This document shows positions 8,644 through 17,651 of a stretch of 64,000 nucleotides of DNA, piece by piece. The translations under genes and the position numbers were made by a program. Origin of the DNA: Acidobacteriota bacterium (GTDB taxonomy: Bacteria; Acidobacteriota; Thermoanaerobaculia; Gp7-AA8); NCBI GenBank assembly GCA_021781455.1, contig JAJXWV010000033.1, forward strand, positions 201,169 through 265,168. The letters run 5' to 3'. Numbering within the stretch: position 1 is the first letter of the stretch; the number at the start of each line of letters is the position of its first letter. The notes under the pieces are model-generated. The model had not been told where the DNA came from and made no database searches. It was given only the letters and a program-made list of their open reading frames with translations.

Positions 8644-10680
8644 ATGCCGGCATTCGACTTCATGACCGTGGTCACGTTCGCGGCGCAGATCATCAGCGCC
8701 TCAGTGGTCGCGCTCCTGCTCTTCGGTTTCCAGCGGCAATACCGGAAGTCGTATCTCAAGCACTGGACCGCCGGCTGGACGGCCCTGGCGGTATACCACC
8801 TGGCCTCGTTCGCCGGACTTGTGCTGAGCTCCCAATACGGTGCATCGGCCGTCGATCCGAGACGGATCACCGCCGCCGTTCTTGCGGCCGTGGCCGGATA
8901 CGCGCAGATCGGATGGTTTCTCTTCGCGCCGTACGAGCTCGTGCGGCGTCGCCCCATCAGGATGATCGCGGCGCGGCGCATCCTGGCCGGCCTGGTCGTC
9001 TTCTCCCTGATCACGACCGTCCTCTTTCTCGACCGCAGCTCGTTCTCGATCACCCGGAACGTGGCCCGGGTCGGCGTTCACGCGTTCCTCGGTGGAATCG
9101 GATTCCTGATCGCTTCCATCGCCTTGTGGCGAGCGCGCAAGCGAAGCACCGGTATCGGCTTCACGGTGCTGAGCACCGCCTATTTCTTCTACGCCCTCGA
9201 GCAGCTGCAGTACGCGTTCCTGACGGTCTCCTGGGCTGTGGCCGGCGAAATTCCGCGCTACCTGAACGCGCTCGGCTATGCGGATTTCCTTCTGCAGTCG
9301 GTACTGGCCGTGGGCGTGATCGCCTGCCTGCTGGAAGACGAGCGTGAGGCCGCCGAGCTGGCCGGCGCGGAGATCGAGCACCTGGCCTATCACGACGCGC
9401 TGACCGGGCTGCCGAACCGGCCGCTGTTCATCGACCGGCTCATCGTCTCGATCGCTCAGTCGCAACGCTCCGGCCACAAGATCGCGGTGATGTTCGTCGA
9501 CCTCGACCGGCTGAAAGACGTCAACGATTCCCTCGGCCACTCCGTCGGCGACCAGCTCATCAAAATTGCGGCCGAGCGGGTACGCCGCTGTGTCCGCGAG
9601 GGAGACACGGTGGCCCGCTTCGGGGGCGACGAGTTCACGCTTCTCGTGCCGAAGATCGACTCCATCGAGGACGCTGCCAAGATCGCCAACAAGATCCTGG
9701 AAACGGTGAAGATCCCGATGATCGTCAACGACCGCGAGCTCGTGGCCACGGCCAGCATCGGCGTGAGCATCTACCCGAACGATGGACTCGATGCCGAGAC
9801 CCTGGTGCGCAACGCCGACACGGCCATGTACCGCGCCAAGGATTCAGGGCGGGACAACTACCACCTCTACGCCCCGGCCATGAACGCCCGCGCCCTCGAG
9901 CGCCTGGCGCTCGAAAACATGCTGCGCAAGGCCATCAGCAACGACGAGCTCGTCCTGCACTATCAACCGCTGATCGACACGAACAGCCGCTCGATGATCG
10001 GCACCGAAGCGCTGGTGCGCTGGAATCATCCGGAGCTGGGGCTGCTCTCGCCGGCACACTTCATCTCCGTGGCCGAGATTTCGGGACTGATCATCCCCAT
10101 CGGCGACTGGATCATCGACACGGCCATGCGCCAGTTGAAAGCCTGGCACCGGCGCGTGGGACCGGAGCTGCGCATGTCCATCAATCTTTCGGCGCGCCAG
10201 TTCCAGCAGCAGGACCTCGTCGAGCAGATCCGCGCCGCCCTCAACCGGCACGGCCTTCCCGCGCCCAGCATCGAGCTCGAGATCACCGAAAGCAACGCCA
10301 TGCAGAACGCGGAGAACACGATCCGCACCCTTCGGGAGCTGAAGAATCTCGGCGTCCGCATCGCCATGGACGACTTCGGTACCGGCTACTCCTCGCTCAA
10401 CTACCTCAAGCGCTTCCCGATCGACACGCTCAAGCTCGACCAGTCCTTCGTGCAGGGTGTTCTGACCGATTCGTCGGATGCGGCCATCGTCAGTGCGGTG
10501 ATCTCGATGGCCCACAGCCTCGACCTCGAGGTCGTCGCCGAAGGGGTGGAGACCGAGGAGCAGCTGGCCTTCCTGCATAAGCAGCGCTGCGACCGAATTC
10601 AGGGCTTCTACTTCAGCGCTCCCCTGGCGTCGGAGGACATGGAGCGCTTCCTCGTCGCCAGGAACGCCGCGGCCATGTAG
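8644..10680 (+). CDS. Membrane-anchored bifunctional GGDEF/EAL protein (diguanylate cyclase/phosphodiesterase) with N-terminal multi-TM sensor domain
   Basis: About 8 TM helices, a GGDEF domain (RFGGDEFTLL) and an EAL domain (EALVRW...DDFGTGYSSL...QGFYF). Confidence 0.85.
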   Translation: MPAFDFMTVVTFAAQIISASVVALLLFGFQRQYRKSYLKHWTAGWTALAVYHLASFAGLVLSSQYGASAVDPRRITAAVLAAVAGYAQIGWFLFAPYELVRRRPIRMIAARRILAGLVVFSLITTVLFLDRSSFSITRNVARVGVHAFLGGIGFLIASIALWRARKRSTGIGFTVLSTAYFFYALEQLQYAFLTVSWAVAGEIPRYLNALGYADFLLQSVLAVGVIACLLEDEREAAELAGAEIEHLAYHDALTGLPNRPLFIDRLIVSIAQSQRSGHKIAVMFVDLDRLKDVNDSLGHSVGDQLIKIAAERVRRCVREGDTVARFGGDEFTLLVPKIDSIEDAAKIANKILETVKIPMIVNDRELVATASIGVSIYPNDGLDAETLVRNADTAMYRAKDSGRDNYHLYAPAMNARALERLALENMLRKAISNDELVLHYQPLIDTNSRSMIGTEALVRWNHPELGLLSPAHFISVAEISGLIIPIGDWIIDTAMRQLKAWHRRVGPELRMSINLSARQFQQQDLVEQIRAALNRHGLPAPSIELEITESNAMQNAENTIRTLRELKNLGVRIAMDDFGTGYSSLNYLKRFPIDTLKLDQSFVQGVLTDSSDAAIVSAVISMAHSLDLEVVAEGVETEEQLAFLHKQRCDRIQGFYFSAPLASEDMERFLVARNAAAM

Positions 10681-10800
10681 GGACGCCGGGATGTAGGGAC
10701 GCGCAGCAGCGCGTCCGCGACTCCCGTTCCGAAAAGGCGGATCGGTCGGCGCACGACGACCAGAGCTGCGGACGCGCTGCTGCGCGTCCCTACAGTGTTC
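10681..10800. repeat. Family-C palindromic element: tagggacgcgcagcagcgcgtccgc ... gcggacgcgctgctgcgcgtcccta, with each arm itself palindromic
   Basis: Lies between convergent gene ends. Copies also at 29183-29268 and 60521-60632. Confidence 0.8.
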
Positions 10801-11428
10801 GCAGCACGGCACGGACGGGGCTGGCATCGCCTCCCCGGATCCGCAGCGGAAGCGCGATCAGCTCGTAGGAACCCTCTTCGACGCCGTCGAGCACCAACCC
10901 TTCCAGATTCGCCATGTCGTGGCGGGCCAGCGCCTGGTGCGCCTCGAGCGCCTTCGACTCGAAAGGATCGACCGAAGGCGTATCGATACCGACGAGGATC
11001 ACGCCGCGTCCGTGAAGCTCGTCGACGAGCTCCGGCGAGAGGCTGGCGAAGTCGTCGTTCCAGCGACGCGGATCGGGAAACGTGCCGGTATGGAACAGCA
11101 CACGCGGAGCATCGATCCTCTTTCCAGCGACGTGCCGCGGCATGATGCGCGCGGAACGGGCCACGTCGACACGGAAGACGTTGCAGCGCCCGACGAAAAA
11201 ATCGAGAGGCCTGGCCGCGACGTCCTCGCCGCCGGCGAGGTAGTGGCTCGGCGCGTCGGTATGCGCGCCGACGTGCAGGGTGGTGCGAATGTCCGACAGC
11301 GTGAGGTTCGCGCCGGCGCTCATGTCCAGATTCACGTTGCGCTCGAAGGGGGTATCGCCCGGCCAGACGCCGATCGAAGAGTCGACGACGGGCGAGATGT
11401 CGATCAACCGTGCGCTGTCGTCGCTCAT
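10790..11428 (-). CDS. Cyclase-family protein (kynurenine formamidase / arylformamidase-like)
   Basis: HVGAHTDAPSHY metal-binding motif of the KynB/cyclase family, about 213 aa. ATGA overlap with the upstream gene's stop indicates translational coupling. The track ORF's N-terminal extension is an artefact. Confidence 0.75.
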   Translation of the reverse strand: MSDDSARLIDISPVVDSSIGVWPGDTPFERNVNLDMSAGANLTLSDIRTTLHVGAHTDAPSHYLAGGEDVAARPLDFFVGRCNVFRVDVARSARIMPRHVAGKRIDAPRVLFHTGTFPDPRRWNDDFASLSPELVDELHGRGVILVGIDTPSVDPFESKALEAHQALARHDMANLEGLVLDGVEEGSYELIALPLRIRGGDASPVRAVLRTL

Positions 11429-12897
11429 GCCGAAGCGATCACCTTGAGCTCGACGGCGATGGGAGTCGGCAGCGAATCGACTCCCACGGTCGTGCGCGTC
11501 GGCTGGATGGCGCCGAGGAGCTCGCCGTAGGCGCGGTTGAAGCGGTCGAAGTCGCGCTTCATGTCGGTCAGGTAGACCGTCACGTCGAGGATCTTGTCGA
11601 GCGAGCTTCCGGCATCCTCCAGGATGACGCGTACGTTCTCGATGGCCGCCCGCGTCTGCACCTCGATGTCGTGGTCGATGATGCTGCCGGCGCCGTCGCG
11701 AACCACGCCGGGAATCTCGCCGCGGCCGGGCTGCCGCGGCCCGATGCCGGAGAGGAACAGGAATTCGCCGACTCTTCGCGCGTGCGGATAGGGACCGACC
11801 GGCTTCGCGGCGCGCGGCGTGACGAGGACATTCGAGTGTTGGGGCACAGACACTCTGGCCGGTGCTGTCTCCGGGTCCGGCACGGCACGGAGCGCCGGCG
11901 CGACGCGTCCGACGAGCCATTCCGGCTCGGGCGGATGTTCGTCATGCGAGTCCAGGGCGCCGGAGGCGGGAACGCGTTGCGATTCGGCGAGCACGTTGTG
12001 CGTCTCGAGGCCGCCCCCCTGCTCCATCGCGCCCACCGGGGCTTCGTCGAACTCCTTCTCCCAGGCGATCTCCTTGCGCGGATTCGGCGTCAGCTCGACG
12101 AGGGCACATCCGGTGCCCCAGACGGGCTGGTAGTCGACCACGCGCCCGTCGTAGAGGTTGTTTTCGCCGGCCAGTGCGGCCAGCCACCAGATGCCCTTGA
12201 ATCCCATGTCCGCGTTCGCTTCGCGGCCGAACTCGCGCGCCACCTGGGCCACGTCCTCGAGCCGTCCCTCGCCTAACATTTCCAGGATCTTGCGGTTCCA
12301 CTCGTCGTCTTTCTGCGATGAGATATGGTCGCAGGCCGGATCGATCTCGGCGACCTCGTAACGGTTGGACAGATTCGAGACCAGGACCACGGCGGTCCTG
12401 CGGCCGTAGCGCTCGATCGCTTCGCGCCCGAGCCGCCCTAACAGGCGCGTCTCGTCCCGTTCCGCGTAGATGTTGCAGGAGACGACCGAGGCGGGGATGG
12501 CGTTGCCCGGATTGAGCAGCTTCAGCGCGGTCACCGTGCCGGTGTCGATGGGAAATCCGTGGTAGTCGACCGTGGCCGCCTGCAGGCCGGCCTCTCTGGC
12601 GATCTCGCAGTAAAGCTTTCCGAACTGCGGGTCGATGCGGAAATCGTACGGGATCTCGCCGAACTCGTACCAGTTCTGGTCGACGAGCAGCCACCTGGGA
12701 TTCGGGTCGACCTGAAACAGGTGCCCGATCACGGAGAACCACTGCGTCGAGTACAGCAGCAGCAGTTCTGCGCCGCTGGCGGCGATCTCGCGGCCGATGG
12801 CTTCGTAGCTGGCTTTCAACGACGCCCAGCCAGAGTTGCGCTCGGGCGCAAGCAGGATGTGCGGCTGGCCCGCGGCAATGTAGAGCGTTTCGATCAC
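11425..12897 (-). CDS. Fusion protein: N-terminal LigB-type (class III extradiol dioxygenase-like) domain plus C-terminal RidA/YjgF (2-aminomuconate-deaminase-like) domain
   Basis: The N-terminal roughly 280 aa resemble MhpB/AmnA/AmnB-family subunits, but several canonical His ligands look substituted. The C-terminal roughly 125 aa are a textbook RidA fold (AKPVGPYPHARRVGEFLFLSGIGP...TTVGVDSLPTPIAVELKVIA). Confidence 0.6.
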   Translation of the reverse strand: MIETLYIAAGQPHILLAPERNSGWASLKASYEAIGREIAASGAELLLLYSTQWFSVIGHLFQVDPNPRWLLVDQNWYEFGEIPYDFRIDPQFGKLYCEIAREAGLQAATVDYHGFPIDTGTVTALKLLNPGNAIPASVVSCNIYAERDETRLLGRLGREAIERYGRRTAVVLVSNLSNRYEVAEIDPACDHISSQKDDEWNRKILEMLGEGRLEDVAQVAREFGREANADMGFKGIWWLAALAGENNLYDGRVVDYQPVWGTGCALVELTPNPRKEIAWEKEFDEAPVGAMEQGGGLETHNVLAESQRVPASGALDSHDEHPPEPEWLVGRVAPALRAVPDPETAPARVSVPQHSNVLVTPRAAKPVGPYPHARRVGEFLFLSGIGPRQPGRGEIPGVVRDGAGSIIDHDIEVQTRAAIENVRVILEDAGSSLDKILDVTVYLTDMKRDFDRFNRAYGELLGAIQPTRTTVGVDSLPTPIAVELKVIASA

Positions 12898-12907
12898 GTC
12901 TCGCCCT

Positions 12908-13365
12908 CTTTGAATTGAAAATTGAAAATTGAAAATTGAAAACGAAAAAAAACGAGAAATCAGTTTCGGCTGCGTCGAACGATCGTCGTCAGAATGGCAA
13001 TCAATTCGCTTGACTCTTCGATCAGCGGCTCAATCTTCTTGTGCTGCTCAGACAGCGATCGGTTCAAAATTCTGAGCCAGTACCTCGCCTCACGCGCTTC
13101 CTTGAGAGCGATTGTGCATTTAGAGATGAAATCCGCGCGACTTTGCGCCGCGTCAGCTTCCTCGAGATTTGCTCCCACAGAGCTCGCCGCATTGCTCCCC
13201 TGCGCACTGGTTCCGCGTAAAGCGGGTTCAGAGTGGTAGATGGAGCGGTGCAAGTCGACGACCGCACAGGCGAATTCAAACACACGTTCGCGCAGCTCCG
13301 AGCCCTTTCCGTCTTCGCGGTCTCGCACTCTCATGTCTTTTCAATTTTTCAATTTTCAATTTCGT
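12908..13365. mobile_element. Low-GC insertion carrying a four-helix-bundle protein gene, bounded by inverted arrays of GAAAATT heptamers (12908-12955 and 13338-13365)
   Basis: ttgaaaattgaaaattgaaaattgaaaa on the left and ttttcaatttttcaattttcaattt on the right. Composition is much more AT-rich than the flanking operon. Confidence 0.45.
12960..13334 (-). CDS. Four-helix-bundle protein (23S rRNA intervening-sequence protein family, TIGR02436-like)
   Basis: 124 aa helical protein with the conserved (F/Y)xL..Q..RA..S motif context typical of IVS/four-helix-bundle proteins. Atypical codon usage. Confidence 0.65.
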   Translation of the reverse strand: MRVRDREDGKGSELRERVFEFACAVVDLHRSIYHSEPALRGTSAQGSNAASSVGANLEEADAAQSRADFISKCTIALKEAREARYWLRILNRSLSEQHKKIEPLIEESSELIAILTTIVRRSRN

Positions 13366-13507
13366 TCGAGCCCCATCCTGAGGCTCTGCGCCAGATGGCA
13401 GAGCATCGCGCCGGCGGACATCCTTCCCCATTTCGGAACCATGTCATCGCGGATGCTTTTTACGCGATTGAGGATCTCGAGGCGGGCCGCGTCTTCCCAG
13501 AGGGTCT

Positions 13508-14989
13508 TCATAGTTTCACGCAGACGTTTTTCGGTTCCGTGAAGAAGTTCAGCGACTCGAATCCGCCCTCGCGGCCGACGCCGCTTTCTTTCATGCCGCC
13601 GAACGGGACGCGCAGGTCGCGCAGGAGCCAGCAGTTGATCCAGACCGTTCCGCTGTCGAGGGCGGCGGCGACGCGATGGGCGCGCCGCAGGTCGCGCGTC
13701 CACACCGTGGCGGAGAGTCCATAGCGCGTACCGTTGGCGAGCGCCAGCGCCTCCTCTTCGCTGTCGAACGGCGTCACCGTCACCACGGGCCCGAAAATCT
13801 CGTCCTGCAGGACGTCGGAGTCGCACGACAGGCCGGTGATGACGGTCGGCTCGACGAAGAATCCCGGGCGGTCGACCCTCTTTCCGCCCGTGTGGATCGT
13901 GCCGCCTTCCTTCTGCGCGATCTCCAAGTACCCGGAGACCTTCTGCAGGTGGGCTTCGCTGATCAACGCGCCGACGTCGGTCGTCTCGTCGAGCGGGTCG
14001 CCGACGCGAAGCCGCTTCGTCGCTTCGACAAAGCCGTCGAGGAAGGCATCGAAGACTGCCCTCTCCACGAAGATGCGCGATCCGCAAAGGCAGATCTCGC
14101 CCTGGTTCCAGAAGCTGGAGCGGATGGAGGTGGCGATCGCCTCCTCGAGATCGGCATCGGCGAAGAGGATGTTCGGGTTCTTTCCGCCGAGCTCCAGCGA
14201 AAGCTTCTTGAACATGGGGGCAGCGTTCGCGGCCACGCCCGCACCGGTCACCGTCCCGCCGGTGAACGAGAGCAGCGGCACATCGGGATGCCTGACCAGC
14301 GCACGGCCTGCCTTCTGGCCGTGTCCGTGGACGATGTTGATCACGCCCGGCGGGATTTCCGCCTCGAGCGAAAGCTCCGCGAGGCGATGGGCCGTGAGCG
14401 GAGTGAACTCGCTCGGTTTGGCGACGCACGTGTTTCCCGCGGCGATGGCCGGTGCGATCTTCCAGGAGAGCAGGTAGAGCGGCAGGTTCCACGGCGAGAT
14501 CAGGCCGGCCACGCCGACCGGCTGGCGCAGCGTGTAATTGAGCGCCGTTCCATCCGTGGAATGCGCCTCGGTGGACTGATGCAGGATCGCCGTGGCGAAG
14601 AAGCGGAAGTTCGCTGCGGCGCGCGGGATGTCGAGGCGCCGCGCCAGCGAAATCGGTTTCCCGCCGTCGCGCGCCTCCAGTCGCGCCAGCTCCTCGAGAT
14701 TGCCTTCGATCAGATCGCCGAGGCGGAGCAGCATCGCCGACCGTTCCGCGGCGGGCGTGTTGCTCCACGCCCTGAACGCCTGGCGGGCGGCGCTGACGGC
14801 GTTCTCGATGTCGCGCTCGTCGCTGTCCGGAACGGAGGCCATGACCTCGCCCGTGCCCGGCTCGATGTCCGGAATCGTCGTGCCCGAGGCAGCCGCTGTG
14901 AAACGACCGCCGATGAAGTTGCGAACGGCGACCGAAGACTGCGACCTGTTTCTCTTCGCTGCTTTGCTGCTCTCGTCCACATCAGTCAT
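13508..14989 (-). CDS. NAD(P)-dependent aldehyde dehydrogenase (2-hydroxy/2-aminomuconic semialdehyde dehydrogenase-like)
   Basis: ALDH catalytic motifs LELGGKNP and the catalytic Cys (EICLCGSR), plus an FTGGTVTG-type cofactor motif. 493 aa. Confidence 0.85.
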   Translation of the reverse strand: MTDVDESSKAAKRNRSQSSVAVRNFIGGRFTAAASGTTIPDIEPGTGEVMASVPDSDERDIENAVSAARQAFRAWSNTPAAERSAMLLRLGDLIEGNLEELARLEARDGGKPISLARRLDIPRAAANFRFFATAILHQSTEAHSTDGTALNYTLRQPVGVAGLISPWNLPLYLLSWKIAPAIAAGNTCVAKPSEFTPLTAHRLAELSLEAEIPPGVINIVHGHGQKAGRALVRHPDVPLLSFTGGTVTGAGVAANAAPMFKKLSLELGGKNPNILFADADLEEAIATSIRSSFWNQGEICLCGSRIFVERAVFDAFLDGFVEATKRLRVGDPLDETTDVGALISEAHLQKVSGYLEIAQKEGGTIHTGGKRVDRPGFFVEPTVITGLSCDSDVLQDEIFGPVVTVTPFDSEEEALALANGTRYGLSATVWTRDLRRAHRVAAALDSGTVWINCWLLRDLRVPFGGMKESGVGREGGFESLNFFTEPKNVCVKL

Positions 14990-14995
14990 GACAGA

Positions 14996-16073
14996 TCATC
15001 CTTGCTTCGCTTCGCCCGGAATGAACTCGGAAGGATCGAACTCCCATCGGTCGATATCCGGATCCCAGGAGTCCCACGGCATGATGGCGGCCATTCGGCC
15101 GCGCAACGCCGGCGGGATTGCCTCCGGGACGATGAACGCTTTCTGGCGGCGGAGCTTGTAAGGATTGCGAAACTCGAAACCGAGAACGCCGAGAATGTAA
15201 CGGGCCACGTACCAGGTGGCCTGCGGGTTCCAGCCGTGGGCGATCTTGACGACCACGCCCAGACCGTCGGGATAATCGGGATGCTGGACGGCCAGGCCGA
15301 GCAGGCCGTCGGCGCCTTCCTTGGCGATGACGCGGCCGCCACAGGCCTTGAGGATCGTCGAGTCGAGGCGGTTGAAGCCGCCAATCAGGTCGGGATGCGC
15401 GACCATCGCCTCCCAGATCCAATCGTCATCGTTTTCAATGACTAAATTTGCGAACAATTTAGCAAGATCCGTTACTGTCATCGAAATGGTCGGCAGGCCG
15501 CAGCCGTCCTTGGCCACCGTGCCCATCGGCCACTCGGCGCCGAGCACCCGGCGCAGGTAATCGACGTAGGCGAGGAAGAACGGGTGGTGCGGCCAGACGT
15601 ACCCGACGCGCGACCAGCCCTTGAGCATGCAGCCGCGCAGGATCGCGGCGTGCTCTCCGGAGCAGGTGTGGTACCAGCGCCGCGGCCGGCGCACCTGGCG
15701 GCCGAACTGCACGAGCGGCACGTCGTGGGGCGTCTGCATGAGCCCCCATTCGCCTTCCAGAAGGATCGAGCGGGCCACGCGCACGTGTTCCGTATCGCCG
15801 TTGTGCGAGGCGACGGCAATGGCCTTCTGCTCACTGTTGAGCGCGTTCGCGAGCTCGCCGGCGAATACCTTCATCATGACCGGCTTGACCATGGAGCGGC
15901 CGTAGACCTCGACATTGCCGCCGAACGAATGGAGAACGCTCCGTCCCGATACCCACGAGACGGCGCCGTGAATGGTGTTCTCGGCGATGCCGTTGCGCCG
16001 GTACTCGACGAGCGGCTGCCAGTTGGGCATCGGCCGCGCGAAGTTCGGCGGAAGGGACTCGTCAAAAGGCATG
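14996..16073 (-). CDS. Asparaginase-II family (PF06089-like) protein
   Basis: Motif series matching Rhizobium-type asparaginase II: GIAENTIHG, RSMVKP, ASHNGDTEHV, CSGEHAA, KDGCGLPT, KEGADG. Start chosen at MPFDESL; the upstream extension in the track ORF reads into a REP element. Confidence 0.6.
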
Positions 16074-16084
16074 TGCCGCAATTC

Positions 16085-16330
16085 TAGGACGATTGCGAAT
16101 TGCGAATTGCCCAACCCGTCACTCTGAGCCGGCGAAGCCGCGGGGGTGGGCGGCTGGGCGGAGCGGCGGAGCGCGGCGAAGAGTCTCTTACCGGGACGAT
16201 TGTTGGGCTGCAACTCGCGTGTGACAGCACCGGCTCAGAGTGACGGGCGCGCCCAGGACAGGCCGGAAAGCCTGTCCCACACGAAGGGCAGGCTCCCGGC
16301 TCTCACCGAAGAAAGTTCGGGGCCACGTCG
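16085..16330. repeat. Family-A composite REP/MITE-like element (modules gtcactctgagccggcg, gagtctcttaccgggacgattg, ggacaggc..gcctgtcc)
   Basis: Highly similar copies at 17371-17640, 29790-29945, 37073-37335, 40685-40805, 49100-49345 and 59925-60115. Fragments at 22385-22430 and 43885-43945. Confidence 0.8.
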
Positions 16331-16647
16331 CGCATGAAGGCCTCCATGTTCCGCATGACCCGCCTGGAATCGTGATTGTTGAAGTCGAACCAGAGCATGA
16401 GCCGGTCCTCGGGGTGAAATCGCTCGCGTACCTGCGCCGCCACGGCCGCGGCATCACCGATCAGCGCGTTGTTGGTGGCCCGCCGGACTTTCTCCTCGTC
16501 GAGCGTCCCCGAATTCCATGTTGTTTGAGTTTATCCCTTCGTGTAGGGCAGGCTTTCCAGCCTGCCCCGCACAAGTGGCGGGCCGGAAAAACCGCCCCAC
16601 ACGAGAAAATGCCCACCATGAACTGCAGAACCGAGAGAACCGAGAAA

Positions 16648-17382
16648 ATGCGACGAACCACACACGTCCTCGCGCTCTTCCTCCTTGCCGCCTGCGCGAC
16701 TGCGCCGGTCATCGTTCCGAACCAGTACGGATTGCGGGTCGTGCCGGACTATGCGACCTACCAGCGCCTGGTGCGGCTCGATCCATCGATGCGGCTTGTG
16801 GACGTCGAGCACGCCGTTCCCGGAATCGGCATCGACGTCCGCTACGCCACGTCGAACAACTTCATGCACCGGCCGCTGTACCCGATCGCGAAGGTGTTCC
16901 TCCGCGCGCCGGCCGCCCAGGCCCTCGCCGACGTCGAGCGCGAGCTCGCGCCGCAGGGCCTCGGTCTGAAGGTGTTCGACGGTTACCGTCCTTACCGGAT
17001 CACCGAAGCGATGTGGGAGCCCATCAAGGATCCGGATTTCGTCGCCGATCCGTCGAAAGGCTCACGCCACAACCGCGGAGCGGCCGTCGACCTCACGCTC
17101 GTCGATCTCCACACCGGCGACGAGATCGCCATGCCCACGCCGTATGACGACTTCACGCCGCGTGCGCGCCAGGACTTCAACGACCTGCCCGCGGACGTGA
17201 TCGCCAACCGCGCGAAGCTGCGCGAGGTCATGGTGCGCCACGGCTTCGACCCCCTGCCGTCCGAGTGGTGGCACTTCGACTACCACAGCTGGCAGAAGTT
17301 CGAGCTGATGGACGTGACGCTCGAGGAGCTGGCCGCGCACCAGATCGCAGAGGGCAGAGCGCAGGCCAACCCGTCATTCTGA
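16648..17382 (+). CDS. ddpX: D-alanyl-D-alanine dipeptidase (VanX/DdpX, peptidase M15D) lipoprotein
   Basis: Signal peptide with lipobox (LLAACATAP). Motifs SRHNRGAAVDLTLVD and EWWHFDY typical of VanX-family zinc dipeptidases. The last codons run into a REP element. Confidence 0.8.
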   Translation: MRRTTHVLALFLLAACATAPVIVPNQYGLRVVPDYATYQRLVRLDPSMRLVDVEHAVPGIGIDVRYATSNNFMHRPLYPIAKVFLRAPAAQALADVERELAPQGLGLKVFDGYRPYRITEAMWEPIKDPDFVADPSKGSRHNRGAAVDLTLVDLHTGDEIAMPTPYDDFTPRARQDFNDLPADVIANRAKLREVMVRHGFDPLPSEWWHFDYHSWQKFELMDVTLEELAAHQIAEGRAQANPSF

Positions 17383-17640
17383 GCCACGCGGTGTGGGACA
17401 GGCTTCCCAGCCTGTCCTCTTTCGGGTGCTGGAAAACCCTCGCCGCACGAGCGGTTGGGTGGAGCGGCGTTGCGCGGCGAAGAGTCTCCAGATTGCATGA
17501 TCGCGGTGAGCCTCCTCACCTGCGCAATCTTTTCCGACCTAACAATCGTCCCGGTAAGAGACTCTTCGCCGCGCTACGCCGCCGGGGGCGGCTCCGCCGG
17601 CTCAGAGTGACGGGTTAGCCCGCGATCTGCGATCTGCCCT
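17371..17640. repeat. Family-A composite REP element copy
   Basis: Shares gtcattctgagcc, ggacaggcttcccagcctgtcc and gagtctcttaccgggacgattg modules with the other copies. Confidence 0.8.
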
Positions 17641-17651
17641 CTGCGATCTCG

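Noticed and set aside
13356-14768. 470-aa ORF (minus strand, alternative frame) overlapping the aldehyde dehydrogenase gene
   Set aside because: Off-frame read-through of the ALDH gene. Arg-rich with no homology signal, and the ALDH frame has clear catalytic motifs.
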